From Octopus vulgaris (Eukaryota), in contig OX597825.1 of assembly GCA_951406725.2 (NCBI GenBank), positions 1,798,001 through 1,862,000 of the forward strand: a stretch of DNA of 64,000 bases, read 5' to 3'. Positions 14,771 to 29,989 of the stretch are shown here, piece after piece. Within the stretch, counting starts at the first letter, position 1. The number at the start of each line of letters is the position of its first letter. Under the pieces are notes generated by a model that saw only the letters and a list, made by a program, of their open reading frames with translations, did not search any database and was not told the origin of the DNA. The position numbers were made by a program, and so were the translations under genes.

Positions 14771-17700
14771 GAGTGTGTGTGTGTGTGTGTGTGTGCGTGT
14801 GTGTTTTATCTATTTATTGCTATATTTAATCAAGCGCAGTTGTCATTTCAAGAAAATTATGTTGTTTTGCAGTTGTGTTATAAACCACGGAGCAGCGAGG
14901 TCCCAATGCCATCTTGGTTTTAGCAATGTTTCAATGTTTTACACTATTGACCTAGAACGCTGTCTAAATAATAAAATATTGGATAAATTTACTCTAATGG
15001 TACAAATCATTCGCCGAGTGTAAGTGCAATGCATACTGTGTGTAATGAGTACTTTCTCTCTGGTTCACTGTGTGCACTCCATCAAGAACAAGACCAAACA
15101 AGATCGAAATCACGGGATGCGGCGGTCTCGGCAGCGGAGATAGCCGGGATCTATCTCCCCGCTAGCGATATAAACAAGCGTGCATTTTGCATCAAAAGCC
15201 AATATGACCGTTTCTCTCGTGGTTTCTACCACAGTAAAGTTTGTTCTAACAGAACATTCACGTTTAAGTGGGGATGAATGCTACCTTTCGGTATTAATAT
15301 TGCGTCTGTCGCTAATATCTATATATATATATTTTAACAAGCTAACTGGCTAATCGTAACCCCCGCGCCTGTTCTGGCCCCAGTTAATCGCTGGTGAGAA
15401 GATGAATCATCATTGACAAGAGCAAACAAAATGGAAATCACGTGACCTGCTGGTCTCGGCGCTGGAGGCAGCGATATGAATAGCTACAAAACAATATGAG
15501 TATTTCTCTTATGTTACTCAACACACGAAGTAGAGTGTATTACGAATTAAGTTATCCTTCCAAGACTGCTACAGTTGCATCCTTGGAGAACTCTTCACAG
15601 GGTGACCCTCTCTCTGATGGATGCTCCAAGCATGCACAATACTAGCCTTGTAAGACTCATAGATTCTTAAATGAATTATATGTATCTTTATTTGTCTACG
15701 TTTATATATATATATATATATACATGCACATATGTGCATGTGTATGAGTAAATACACTGTATATACATGTGTGTATGTATATATGTGTGAGTGTGTGTGT
15801 GTGTGTGTGTGTAAGTGCGTGTCTGTGCCTGTGTACGTGCCTCTGAGTGTGTTTGCTCGTGTGTAAAAATGTAGAGTCTAATATCTTTATTTAATAGCTG
15901 ACTTATCTATTAGTTATATTACCATTATTAGTTTTCACCGTTCCAGTTCATAGGGACATGATTTTATTCGAAACTGCTCTTATTTATTGCGAAGATAACA
16001 AGGGACAAAAATATAATTCCGCCCCCCCCCCTCTAATAGTTTGCATTATCTGCAGTGTGCTTCTATTATCCGTTACCTACTTCATTATTATGTCTGTTTA
16101 TTAATTTCTTCGCATCAATGTGTGGGTATCCTTTTACGTCAATTAATATATATTTTTCATGTGTCTCTCTTTTAGTGCATTCATTTGAATTGATTAATAC
16201 AAATGCGTCCGTTCATTTTACTTATTTGTCAAGAGAATGGATTATTAGTTGAGAAATTCTATGTAAATATAAACAAATCACTTCACTACGCTTGTAGTAT
16301 ATGCGTGTACTCTTGTTCCGATGTGAAAATTTAGACTTGTATTTTTATGAATATCTGTGTATTCGTTGCTGTAGTATATCAAACAGACAGACAGACAGAC
16401 ACATAAGTGTGTGTGTATGTTTGTTTATATTGGCGTACTCATTTGCAGAGTTTAATGTTTCTCATTATTTCTTTTGTATGCTTGCCAAGACGACCAAGTA
16501 TCTCTTGATACAACCGTTCATAAACAAAGAAAAGAAGACATTCCGATATCATTGAATTTAACATGAGGTTCAAAGCATTATTGATAGAGAAAAGCATCTT
16601 ATTATACAAGACCACAAGAAAAAATCATACTAACCCTTGTTTAAAGTTTCCTTGCAACCTGCCTATTACTGTGTGCATAGAACACAACAATGAATGGGGG
16701 GGGGGGAAGGGTCGGAGAAAGTAAGAAAGAGAGTGAGGGAAGAGGAGAGACACACACACAAAGTGAAAAGAACGGTATGTCTACGAATATGTGATTATGT
16801 TTCCGTTTGACTGCATTGACGCAGGATGAAACTCAACAGAGCAACTGAACAGAGATATTCAGCTTAATGTAAGTGTGCAGTTATTTTAAATTGGAAGCTG
16901 TAATATCCTCCTTTTAAATGCTTCTTACTTTCACTTAACAAAGTTAATGGATTACTACACTCACGCAAGCAACGAATAAAATTTGTTCTTTAATCGCTAC
17001 TCTCGTTACTAAGTAGATCTCATTATTACTCAGAAAATAAACTCAGAAAATCACTTACTTAAGAAAACGTCATCGTGTATCAAAAGGAACACTTCAGAAA
17101 GATCACAACCATTTTTAATCAGTATTTAACCGATTCGCCATATTACTTAGAATATGATCTGTGTATATGAGATCCATTCAAACAGCAGCCGACTTTATTT
17201 TTCCCCGCCAAAGCTAATACGATGTAAGCAAAGTTCTTTGGGTGGGAGGTAAGCATCATGTCGCTTCCATGATGCTTAGAGTCTCCAAGAGTGTTGGGGC
17301 ACGGAAGAACGACGATAAACTGCAACTGCAGCAAAATATGGTATCTGCCGCTCTCGTGATCACTTCTGGGGCGACTTCATTTCGCCTAATTCTGAAGTAT
17401 ATTGTGTTTTTTTTAACATTATACGCCTCTAATAGTATTCCAGACGTGAGCATCCAGCAACAAACATAGTTTATCTAGAAGTATTTATTATTTAATAGCT
17501 TTTAAGACGATATAGTGTGATGTGAAATAGAAATATGAACTAATCCACGAACTTGCGATCTTTGCACAGGGTACAGACAAAACTATTCTGATTTACAATA
17601 CATATTCCTTAAAACTTGAGAAAACAAAAATATTTAAATTAGTTTGTTTGAAATTAATTCATTAAGGACCATATTAATACGATTATACATTTAAAGATGA

Positions 17701-18039
17701 TAATTTTAATGAAACAACTGCTGAACACAAAATATATGAGGAATGTATGTTTTTCTGCTTTCATCCTAAATATGTTGCACTTAAAGATTGTTATAAGCCG
17801 ATGATGCATATATTATTGCCAATTGGCCCCACTTGGATTTAGGGAAATATAATGACGTGTTGAAGTTTATATACCAGGCTAGGTATCCAACGCATTATAC
17901 ACACAACACACTAACACAACAAAAGACTGCATCACAATACCATACCGGGAGGAGACTGCACACTCCCAGCAACGCAGAATTGCAGCAGGTGATGCAGTAG
18001 TTATTTGTCTGAAACTACCAAATGTTGAATAATAATAAT

Positions 18040-18144
<105 letters not shown>

Positions 18145-21100
18145 TATTATTATTATTATAATACCCTCTATTGAATATATGAGTGCAGTCCTCATTTTTA
18201 AAATTTCCAATTCGTGGTCATTACCTCCCTGTCTGTCTGACTGTCTTTTTGTCTGTCTATGTATCTATCATTTCGTCTATATTATTTGATATATTCTAGA
18301 ATATTATAACTCTAAACTTCGTGAAGTTTGGATATTACAATGAAGTTGATGATTTTATCGAATACTCGGTACTTTGCTTGCAAAGATTTTATAGGTAGTT
18401 TATATTTGTACTGTATATATATGAATGTGTGCATTATATAATCATAAACATTGCTCCAAACATCATTTTGTGAGTAACGTATAGTATCAATATCTTAGAA
18501 ATTTCTTCCACTATGGCCAAAACCTTTTTCAGTAGAAAAAAAAAAAGATAGCTATGTCATACTGGGTAACTTGATTCACCGTTATCCTGACGCAATTTCT
18601 GAGGCGGCGTGATTATATTAAGAATTTCTTGACAAGTTTAGCAACTGGAATTAGATTTAATGCCCCGAGACTTAAATATGTTATTACTTTTGCAAGTGAA
18701 TCACAACTTTAATATTATCAAGTTTAGTTTGTGAGCGTTGTACAAGCAAGGTGTGAAATATAAGCCACTCAGGCTCAGGGCTTTAATTCCAAGTTGAGAA
18801 AGAAATTCACTTCATTTTACTCCCCTGAGGATAACAATGGAAAGTGAATAATAACAAAACATTCTATTTCTTCCCCCGTAAAAATATCGCCTAGACTAAT
18901 AGGATTTCTCGTCATTTCACTTTACTCACGACATCTTAATGCCAATGGTACCAGGATCCATATTTTGTTTATATATTTATTTTAATTTTTTGTCGTTTAT
19001 AGTTGAAAATAGTGACGTTAATTACAGGTTTCCAGCAGACTAATTAATCATTGGTTTGCAGTATTTCTGTGGGCGATAATGGCAAGGAATTGACTGTGAC
19101 TAGGTGTAGAACAAATATCACAGTGGTCTTCGTTTGTAATGCCGAAATCTTTTTGCTGTATGATATTTGAATTCTTTAACGCTAAACACACACACATACA
19201 CACACATATGCAAAGACACACACACACAGTCACACACAGTCACACACATACACATACGCACACCTATGCATATGTATTTTTAGCGGTTATGCTGACGAAC
19301 TTCCATTTTCCGAATGTCATTTAACCCGAAGCTATGATAGAAGACACTCGCCTACATTAGATTGCTGCTCAGAGAAAACGAACCTGGAGCCTAGTGATTG
19401 TGAAGGAAACTCTGAACCACATTGCCGTACGTAACGTTATGATACACAATCTTGTTAATTTTACACCGTTAAAAACAATGCCGAACCTTTATAAGAAATA
19501 AATTAATATTATGAAGCTTAATGAGGAGAAGGGAATTTAGCTACTGGCAAACTGAGTTTCCAAGTGTGTTGCAGTTCTCGAACATGATTGAAATTAATTT
19601 ATTTTCATTACACTGTTAAAACGTTGAGAAAGATACGAATACGAGCGAGGCGAAACTTCATTCTTTTCTGTATGAGAAAATAAATGATTATGAAAGTTTA
19701 GTAAAACTTTGTTGTACGAAAACTGATGATGGATTTTGTAATGCCTCTCAAATCGGTAATCTTGCTTCGGGGGAAAATCTGGTGTAAACAGAATAAATTT
19801 GATTTTCATATGAATATTTAATTTTGATGTTTTCATTTTATTGCTATCAAATGGTTTTGTTAATATTGTTGTTGTCAATGCAGAAAATAGAGAACTGTAT
19901 TTCTTTTACCATTCAAAATAACAATTCCTGAAAACTGTAAATCCTAACTCTACTTTAACTATCTACAATGCAGAACAGATCCAACCACAGCACTGGATTC
20001 ATGACCTATGATTTATACATACATATATCGTGGGTTCGATTCTTAGATTGGGCGTCGCGATATGCCTCCGAGTAGGAAACATGATTTCACATTGCTCCAG
20101 TCTACTGTACTGAAATAAATACAAGCCAAGTGTGGCAACCCCTTTCTTTGTCTAGCTGTTGTACACACACACACACACACACATACACACAGTTATGACG
20201 TGTGTGTACCTGTGCATGTTACCTGTGCATGTTATGCTCAATAATAAATGTAACAGCAAAAGAAGTCATGGTTCCTTCGATTTTTCAGTACTAAATTTTA
20301 TGCGAATATTTGCTTTTAAAAAAGAATTTATGTAAATCATTGCATGCTTGTTCTCACGTTATCTTCTTAAATAGAATTTGCGGACTATCCTACATGTTCG
20401 GTTACAAAAACCAGTTATGTTTGTGAACTCACATGCACACTATATCGAATACCTGAAAGATCAAGCTAGTTCCACCTTTTTCCACTTTAGAACATCAGGC
20501 ATCGTCCACTTCTCTTTTTCTCGTCATCCTTGTTGTATATTGTTCTCGAAGCCCCGCAGTAATCACTCTCGAAAAATCCTTCCTACTTAGAACTTTAACC
20601 TCGAGTATATTTCCCTACAGACGGCGATATAGACTTAAAACATGAACATCAAGCACATCAGACAACATCAGTCTCGCGGGAGGTAGAGTGTGTGCAAAGG
20701 TCATGAGGATTACTAGTTTCCTGCTGAAGAAACCATAAAAAGCGAATATTTGGGATATTATTTTCTGATACCATTTCGACTATTGTTTTTTTTGTTTTGT
20801 TTTTTGTTTTTTACTATTAGCATCGAAATATGGAAATAGGATCGAAATAGTGAAAGAAATTTGTTTTCTTTTCATCGTTCATTGTTAAGTGGCTTCAATC
20901 ACTATCCTACGCTTATACGAGAACCTACCCAAAATAACACGTAATGTTGCTGCTAGCTTTGATAATTTTTTTTGATCTGGTGCAACATGAAAATAATCTG
21001 CTTCGAGAGGGAATAAAAAAAGAAAGAAAGAAAGATGTTTGTGAAAATCACTTAATATGCATATGAATATACTCGAAATGTACTCTATTTTAGTCATAAG

Positions 21101-21185
21101 AAAGATTGAAAAGTGAAATGCTGAGAAGTGCTAAAATTTCTTGATACATACGCATACATACATACAGAGGTATACATACATACTT

Positions 21186-21222
<37 letters not shown>

Positions 21223-21363
21223 TCACAGACACACACACACACACATAAAAGCATGTACAGACATATACATATGTTTGAATATATGAGTGTATATATATAC
21301 ATATATATATATATTTATATACATACATATATATATTCACACACACACACACACGCACGCAAA

Positions 21364-21410
<47 letters not shown>

Positions 21411-24400
21411 ACAATAAAATAAAATAAGATAGCTACGAACTATAGAGAGTGGCACACTGACAACCTTCTCCAAAATCCTGAGTAGGGCCAGTATCTACTT
21501 TGCTGGTCTCTGAAGAGTCTATATGTTCGTTAGATCTACCCTGAAACCAGACATATTTCTTTCAAATTTATACCCACTATTTCAAGTAAACGATAGTTTT
21601 GAGAAAACAGTGTCTGATTCACAATTAACGTGGGGTAGTCACGGATAGAACAATTCTGATGATAAGTCTATTCTTCGATTAGGGACCTTCCGAGGACCCC
21701 TAATAGAATTCAATTTTGTATCGAATGTTTGACCTCGTGATACTAATAATAATTATTTTGTACGTGACCGAATTTCGTTGGAAATTGAATATCAGGAATT
21801 CCAAACTAGACAGCGCTACATATGATAAATGTTCATCTCTCTACTTCTAAAGTAGTGAATACTCCATGGGTTTCGACGATGAGCATTCAGTTACTGTATC
21901 GTCAACTGAATTCTTACATGTGGAATTAACCATGTGTCAAAGCTGGGCTTTTGAATTACAGGTTCTGAACGCAATTTTAAAATCGTGTCTTCACTGACAC
22001 TGTGTAACAAAGCTAGCCGTTTGAATTACAAGCATAATCCAAAAGGAAGGAAAGATACAGAAAGAAAGAATCGATGACGTGATTGTTTGCTTTTAGAATG
22101 GCATTGTATGGTACGTGTGAGAAGCCAAGTCTGGCGAGTTTGGACACAAAATAGGCAGAATATTTGGGCCAGATAAAGGGTTAAATAAATTGTTGCTTTA
22201 AAGCAATTTATCGCAAAATATTGTATATTCATGTGATTGTAATTATTCTGGGAACTAATAAAGCTAGCCAGGTTAGGTATTTTGAGTTAAAGTATAAAAT
22301 GCAACTATTCATATGATTTGAATGTAGTCTAGGGGAAGATAAAGTAAGAGTGTTGACAAACTAGAAAAATTTGAACATACGAGTACAATTTATTTTGTGA
22401 GAATAACCATTTCTCTACATAATAATGGTGACAGAAATTTTAAGAGTGCTTTGGAACTAGATTTAAGCAAAATAACATTTTTTAAATGGAATTTTATAAT
22501 GTACTTCTACTACATATCCATAAACTACTGATTTCTTAGAAACTTCTTTAAATGAAAATAACATCTAAAATAGATGTTTTTCGTGTTAAATATTGATTTC
22601 TTACAATACCACAATCTCATGCACTTACTAGGAAGGAGCTATGTAGCTAATTGAATCGATCCCGCGTTTATGCCTGCCATCTATTGCCATTTACAAATGC
22701 TGTTCTCGCATTGGCATACGGCTGCAAGTAAATTATCTTGTGGAGTTGTTGTCGAAATAATTGTCCCTAATACTCTTCTCGATCACTCGACCACAGAAGG
22801 ATTTGAACACAGGATTTATGCGGACATAATGAAATACTGCAATTCTCTTCATGCACCACACATATTTTTCTGTCATATCACGACTTTTAATAATCGCTTC
22901 CAGCTTTGGCCAAATGTCGCAAATTTCTCCCTGTCGGCTTCAAGGGACATAATTTAAATGAATGCCAACACCAGCAGCAGTGAGGTTTGAACTTACGACA
23001 TATAGACAGGAATAAGTAGTAATGCATTTGCTTTGATGCTCTACCATTTTGGCTATTCTGCCACTCTCGCTACTCACCAAATCTTTTGTGTTTCCTTTGT
23101 TTCCCTTCGCCCTGACCGTTGCGCCTTCTACTTACATTTGTCGCCTCCTCACTTCCTTTCACCTCTACTCCTTTAACCTAACTCCAATTCATTTATCCTG
23201 CAACGCTTTTTGACTTTTTACTCACATTTCTCTCCATCTCTGTTTCCTTGTGGCACAAAATTTTATTACATTGAAACCATTATATTACACTGAACTAATT
23301 CAGTTATACTGTGGCGACGCAGAAGTCACTAACCTCTTTGGGTCCAACCGTTTTACTTCATTTAACATCGGTTTGTAACTTGAGCCCGGCACTAAATATT
23401 GTCCACGAAAGCACAGTCACTTAAATCAACTGCTTGTCATTTTATCGATCTCGGAGGATGAAAGGGAAAAACGGCCTAAATATAACTGGTGTCAACTAAT
23501 TACCATAGTTTATTTTGTCCAACGCTAAACAGTTGAATCACTCGACTGTCAGACGAAAATGTTTGTGGTTATAGTCACAACTCAGTATAGTTACAAGTCT
23601 TGGGGCCAAATTTAGCTTTCATCGTTCATTATCAATAAAAATATGTACCAGTCAAGTACTGGTCTCGGTTTAATCGATTAAGGCCTTTCCATCGAATCTG
23701 TGTACATAGCATAAATCGATATCAATCAACGAAGGTGAAACAAATAAGAGTCAATAAAAACGTCTGTGACTTAGTTTTAATCCACGGTGGAAGCCATTTC
23801 ACTTCGTTTCGATTTAAAATATTTCCAAAAATTTATAATCGTTTTAATGTTCCATTCCAACCACCATCTAAAATATAGGTTCTTTGTGTCTAGCCAAAAA
23901 TTAACCAAAATCAATGTTTAAATTATATGGGAGCAAAATAATGTGAAAGTCTAACAAATTTCGTTATAAAGTATAAAAATCAATTTCAGAAACACATACA
24001 TGTGTCTATATTTGTTTTTCTGAATACATATTCTTTGTATTTGAATAGTCAATTATTTAGCATTTTAATTGGGTTTATAAAACTTCAATCAATATACAAT
24101 CTCTGTCTGTCTGTAACAATTTAAGAAACAATATAATTATTATTTTGTAATTAGTTATTCAAATAAGAAACGTCGAGTATAGTTAATAACAAAAAAATTA
24201 TTCCTCATATTGATTTCTGGTTTTTTTTTTTTTGTTATTGGTTTAGTGGAGGGAGAAAGAGTTGCGCCCATGGCTGTTGCAGACAGTCTGAAGCAGTTGG
24301 ATAGGAAAGTCGAAGAAAAGAAAATCGAAGCCAACCAACAACAAATGCAATCAAATATGTCTTGGTGACTTATATCAAGCTTTCGCTAATTGTTTTAGGT

Positions 24401-24489
24401 GCTTGTGCAATCGTGAACGCATATACACACTCAACCTTCTTCACAGCGGAACAATCAATAGGTGTTAGATGAAGTGGGAGAGGGGGGGG

Positions 24490-24632
24490 CTGGTATTCCT
24501 TACAGCTGAGTAGACCCAACGGGTAATGACATTTCTTGCAGGAAGATGCAACGCACCGCCCGGTCCAGAAACTGGGCCAACAACATTCGAATTATAAACC
24601 ACAAACCTTAGCCACCAGTCCATGCATCTTCA
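24490..24632 (-). mobile_element. SINE family D, degenerate
   Basis: AGCTGAGTAGACC...TTCTTGCAGGAAGATGCAACGCACCGCCCGGTCCAGAAA resembles the copy at 46198-46396. Confidence 0.55.
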
Positions 24633-26697
24633 CACAAGAAAAATACAATTAAATTGATCCTGGAGCCTGCATAGCGTTATTTCCCCCAAGATTCATCGTA
24701 TTGATATTCATAGTTAGCGTCACTCACTGTGTGTGCGTGCGAGTGTGTACTTACGTTATGTTACATAGATGGCTGTTTCAATATTGCATCAATTGCGTAC
24801 ACCAGATTATTTATTCATTCCAGCAGCTATTCTCAATGAAAGCAAATGTATTATTCATTGTTTCCACCATCAGAAGCGACACATCTCGTTTAGACATGTG
24901 GTTGGCTGTGAGTGAGTGCCATTGACAAGGCCCAACAAGGATTTCTAGCTAATCGCTGCTGGGACCACTTTTCGTTTCCCTCCGATATATGTATATTGTT
25001 TTGAACACAGTGGGTCCATAAGACATTTTATTTTGGACAAAACTGCGGTAACTTGGCTGTCAATTGTGTATGTGATTGGCGAATGATACATAAAGGGCAA
25101 TAAATATATATGTATATTCGAAACTTGATATTATTTCATTTTAGTTCGAGTTCTTGATTCTTTTTTGTATATTTTAAACATTGCCTTATACAAATTTTTA
25201 TCTCCTAATTGTTTGGATAATGTCTCTTGACTAAATTCTTCAACTTACATTATTATCGTATTTGACTTGAATATAAAGCTGTTTTCCCAATAACCATTCT
25301 GAATGGAACATAAGTAAATACCGCATAGTGTTTTGATTCGCAATCTAGTATCTCTGCTACTCAGCACCCAACAAAATAATAACGATTTTTACCACAGATG
25401 TAGCACAATACACATTTTAGGTGTCGGAGAGAATAGCCGTTTAAATTGACACCAGAATTTTATTAATATCTATTTTACCGGCTCCCAATTAATCAAACGG
25501 CAATTAAGCTTTGCATTATAAGAGCAGTGATTAAGCTAGAATCTGCACCGGTAAAGAGTAAACACAACAAATTTCACCAAGTAGAATAAATTAGTCAACC
25601 GCTTGGAAGAGAAGAAAGCTGGCTTAAGAGTGGCTATAATAGGAGGAGTAAAAGATTACTGTCAATATTAATCATATAAACAAGTTTGTATGAGCTGAAG
25701 TGAGAGTGACAGAGAGAGGAATTGGTTACTGCTGGTAACCATTGCTTATTTCTCCGTCGAAGACCCTCTTCCGAAACTTTAGACTTCTCTCATTCATAGT
25801 GGCATTCTAACTCACGCCACTTATTCATAGTGAAGTTTAACATTCATTGATTTCTTGAGATTCAGTAGGAGTTAATTTACATCATTTAGGCGTCTCCAGC
25901 CTAAGTCATTCTTTAAGTAAATATATTTACGAACTTATTTGTTTTACATTCCCAGATTTCCTGATTTAATTCTCAGCCGAGCCTCAGTTTAGCTGCAAAA
26001 ACATGATTTTTTTTTAATTGTTGCTAAAAAATGAAGAATTCATTGCAATTTTTAAAAATGTCAACCGTCTCAAGCGATTATAGCCTCGATGTTACTGTTG
26101 TTAAACACCTAGCCAAGATGTCTGCGAATAATGTAACCTACACCAACAAAAAAATGTACAGTTCAACGCATTTTTAATTGATAGATGCACTGCAGATGCC
26201 ATATATCTCGTAAATTTGAAGCATCAATATTTTTAAAACAGCAAAATCGACATCCATAAAAGTTTTTATCCTGAAAAGGTTTTCTCTTTATTAGAATAAG
26301 ATGTTCGTCCACTTAACATTTTAATTAGCTCTGCTAAAGTTCACTCAATACGAGGTTCCTGTGTGTCTATTTATCAGTCTCGTAATAAAAGCTAATCTTC
26401 GGCGTCCAATAATTAAATGTTCCTCAAAGATATGGGCAAACGTGTTTAAATTAAACTAATAAGATATAGATTCGATAAACCTAAACTGAATTAATGTTGC
26501 AATTTAAATATATTTAAAACACATATTCTACAACTTTAAAGAAATAATGATCTGTCTGCTGTACTGGGTACCATATTTCTTGATCCAGATTTATAAAATT
26601 AATATCTCGGTGTTGCTTTGCCTTCGTGAATATCAATAATTTTGGAATCCGCTATCAATTGAGCTCTTTAAAGACATAACAAATATGTAAAACTCTA

Positions 26698-26744
<47 letters not shown>

Positions 26745-28153
26745 GTGTGTGTGTGTGTGTGTGTGTTCAAACTATGAGTAGTTATCAATTCATCGATGTT
26801 GCTTGGTTGGATATTCATAAATCAAAATTCACAGTTGATTGCTTTTATTATGGCGAAAGAAAATACACATCTAGAGATAAACAAAACGCTATTAGAGAAA
26901 ATGAAACTACTGATATATACATATATATATATGGTGGGTGTATTTATGCATGTATATATATGTTTACTTGCTTGTACGTACGTGTGTATGACTCCGGTAG
27001 TCATTTATTCTGCACAAGTATAATAGAAAAGTTAAGTCGTCACAAAGACAAGAACCAGAACCAGGGAAGCTATATTATGAAAGTTTGGTGAAAAAGAAAA
27101 GTGTAATAAAAAGGAACAAAAGAGGAAAATGAGAGAATCATAACTAGTAGCGAGAAACAGAGAACAAGACGACCTTTGCTGGAACTAAGCAAAATGTATT
27201 TATTACATTACTATAAGAACGGTTATATTACCTGCTGGATACTTTGGGGAAATGTAGGCTTGAGTTTAAATAGTACCGTTGAAATCTGTTTATGTCAATT
27301 GTATTTGGAGTGGAATTACAAAAAGTAAAACTATATTGATTGATCTACTACAAGAAGTCATGGCCCTTGAGGTCAAAATATAAAAACATGGCAATTTTGG
27401 CGAGAATATGTCAGTTATTGTATCAAGTTTTATTCATTTTCAATGAACATATATTTTGTTCTGCTTGTGTTACTTTAGAAAAAGCCTGTAGATACGGGTT
27501 GCTGACTATGAATGGGTATAAATGGAAGCGATAAAAACAAAAAATTAATGAATATACAAGCATTGGCCACTTATTTGAGGTGGAGGACGACAAATCTCAC
27601 ATGACTTCTTTCCATTTATTTAAAATATAGAAAACAGAGAAATCTAAAGCCCTGCTTTATAATAGCAGCACTTATACTTTTCGCATCACCTTACTTCATA
27701 AGGAATGAACAGCGGAATGAAACAAAAAGCTGAGTAATTCTACTCTTAGTGGTGAAAATAACATATCCGATATGTCAGAGCAAATTACGAAGAGGTGGTG
27801 TCACATTAGCTTCTAACTTCTATTTCTACTGAAGGAATGTGAGCGTTTCGCTTTTCTTTTTTTTCATTTTTGCCAAGTGTCAGCTAGACGAATTCACAAT
27901 TGTGCTGAACATTTTTCTAGACACTCCCATTTCCTTTTTGTTCTTAGCCATTTGTTCGTTTCATTCTTCATTTTACTTTTGTTATTTTAATCTTGCACCT
28001 TGTCCATTTATGTTTACCACAAATCACTATTTTACTTCCAAGATATATATGTCAGTTTTCTTTATTTTTATTCAATGATTGACTTTTATAAAAGAATTCT
28101 TTTCTATTTGTGGAAAATCGGGGAGTAGTTTTTCATAATTTGTGTGTTTGTCT

Positions 28154-28237
<84 letters not shown>

Positions 28238-28243
28238 ACATAC

Positions 28244-28330
<87 letters not shown>

Positions 28331-29015
28331 TACACATATATATTCACACGCGCGCGCGCATTTATATACACATAAATATATGCACACCTACTGAATTCCT
28401 TCACGTACATTTTATTTGTTTTATTCACACTACCTCTGACGTCTGTTTCAGATTGACTTCAACTTCGATGGAATTTGCAAAGTTGCAAAACCTGATAACA
28501 TCTATTTAACTACTCTCACCAGAACTATAGTTTTTTCTTGTATAGCACTGGTAACCTATTGAATTTTTATTATTCAGCCAGGTAAGAAACAATGTTCTCG
28601 GCTTTTGCTTCCCCTATCTAAACTGGTGAGGCCAATGCAATGCATACACTGTTCGAAAAAGTATTTGCTAATCCTACAAAAAAATGAAAAAAAATGTTGA
28701 GAGGAGGGTATTTCATAGTGTGTCAGGTTAAGGAAGAAAAGACTGATTGTTACAGAATTTGTCGGTTAGATATATATATAGGGAATATAATAGAGAGATA
28801 GAAGGAGTATGCGGGAAAGTGGATGTAGCGTGTCCAGTGAAGTTTGTCTTTCAACTAGATGACTTTTTAATTCTCTTTTCGATGTTGTTTCGAGTGTTTG
28901 TATCTCTAAAAGCAGCGCCGCTTCTGAGTGGATCCTGTTTATGCTTTGTCGGTAAGAAGCCCATGATAAGTGCTAAAGTATTTTCTCGGCCTGAATTGCT
29001 GTAAGTCTAGCATTA

Positions 29016-29176
29016 TGTTTCTTTATTGCCCACAAGGGGCTAAACATAGAGGGGACAAACAAGGACAGACAAACGGATTAAGTCGATTACATCGACCCCT
29101 GTGCGTAACTGGTACTTAATTTATCGACCCCGAAAGGATGAAAGGCAAAGTCGACCTCGGCGGAATTTGAACTCAC
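29016..29176 (-). mobile_element. Young 5'-truncated SINE family A with perfect 17-bp TSD
   Basis: CTGTAAGTCTAGCATTA occurs at 28999-29015 and 29177-29193. The body is near-identical to other young copies. Confidence 0.95.
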
Positions 29177-29989
29177 CTGTAAGTCTAGCATTAGTCATCT
29201 AAGTTATGTATGCAATAATCTTGTATGCACAAAATTGTTATGAATAAAACTAGGTTTCATCTCTGTATAAGTGTTTACGATTAGATGTAACAACCAGAAA
29301 GCTGTTAATGTAGAAAAACAATATATATGGGGGACCAACGGAATAAGTTACTGTGATTATGTAATGCTAATGTAACTCGAGGAGAACAAAAGAAATACAG
29401 CAGAGTGAAGATTGATTTGGGGTTTAAAATATGAGTATCTGAAGAAACGGTTTTAAGTCGGTCAGCAGTTCTAATGTATGCCGAGACTTTTGGCCTCTTC
29501 TGTACAGGTGTCTGTGCGCTACAATAATCGTTTGCTATGTTTATTTCTGGAATTCAATAACATCTGTTCAAAAGAAACCGATACAATTAACATATCAAAG
29601 AAAACCGCCTGTTTCATAGTTGGATATGTTACTCGTATATTATTTCTCCTTTCTAATTCTTAGCCGTTCAAGGCAGTAAACGTATTTTGATGGATGGTGC
29701 AGCAATTAGACTAAAACTCCAATTTCTTACATCACCTCACTCATTAATCTGCGTATTTTAGTATTTTATACAGACATGCAATGCCGCCCAGATTTCACAT
29801 AATTTCTTCATTTATTGACCAGACCAAAGAGAGAGCGTCAGCGTTAGTTGACTCGTACTGCCACTACTGCTAACCGAAAAACTCCCATGATTCACATTTA
29901 CTGTCTTAGAAAAGGATATAACAGATAATAATCTGGAATAAGCAAAGCTTGAAAAATATCAAATATTCTACAAAAGGTAAGACATCAGT

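Noticed and set aside
21505-21552. CTGAAGA...GAAAC hammerhead-like spacing
   Set aside because: Seven extra unpaired bases before GAAA and no valid stem III/NUH.
25750-25800. CCGTCGAAGACCCTCTTCCGAAAC as a decayed Penelope terminus
   Set aside because: The core box is two changes from canonical and no stem I is evident.
28850-29000. Minus-strand frame ending RDTNTRNNIEKRIK as a GIY-YIG remnant
   Set aside because: Similarity is too weak to support by eye.
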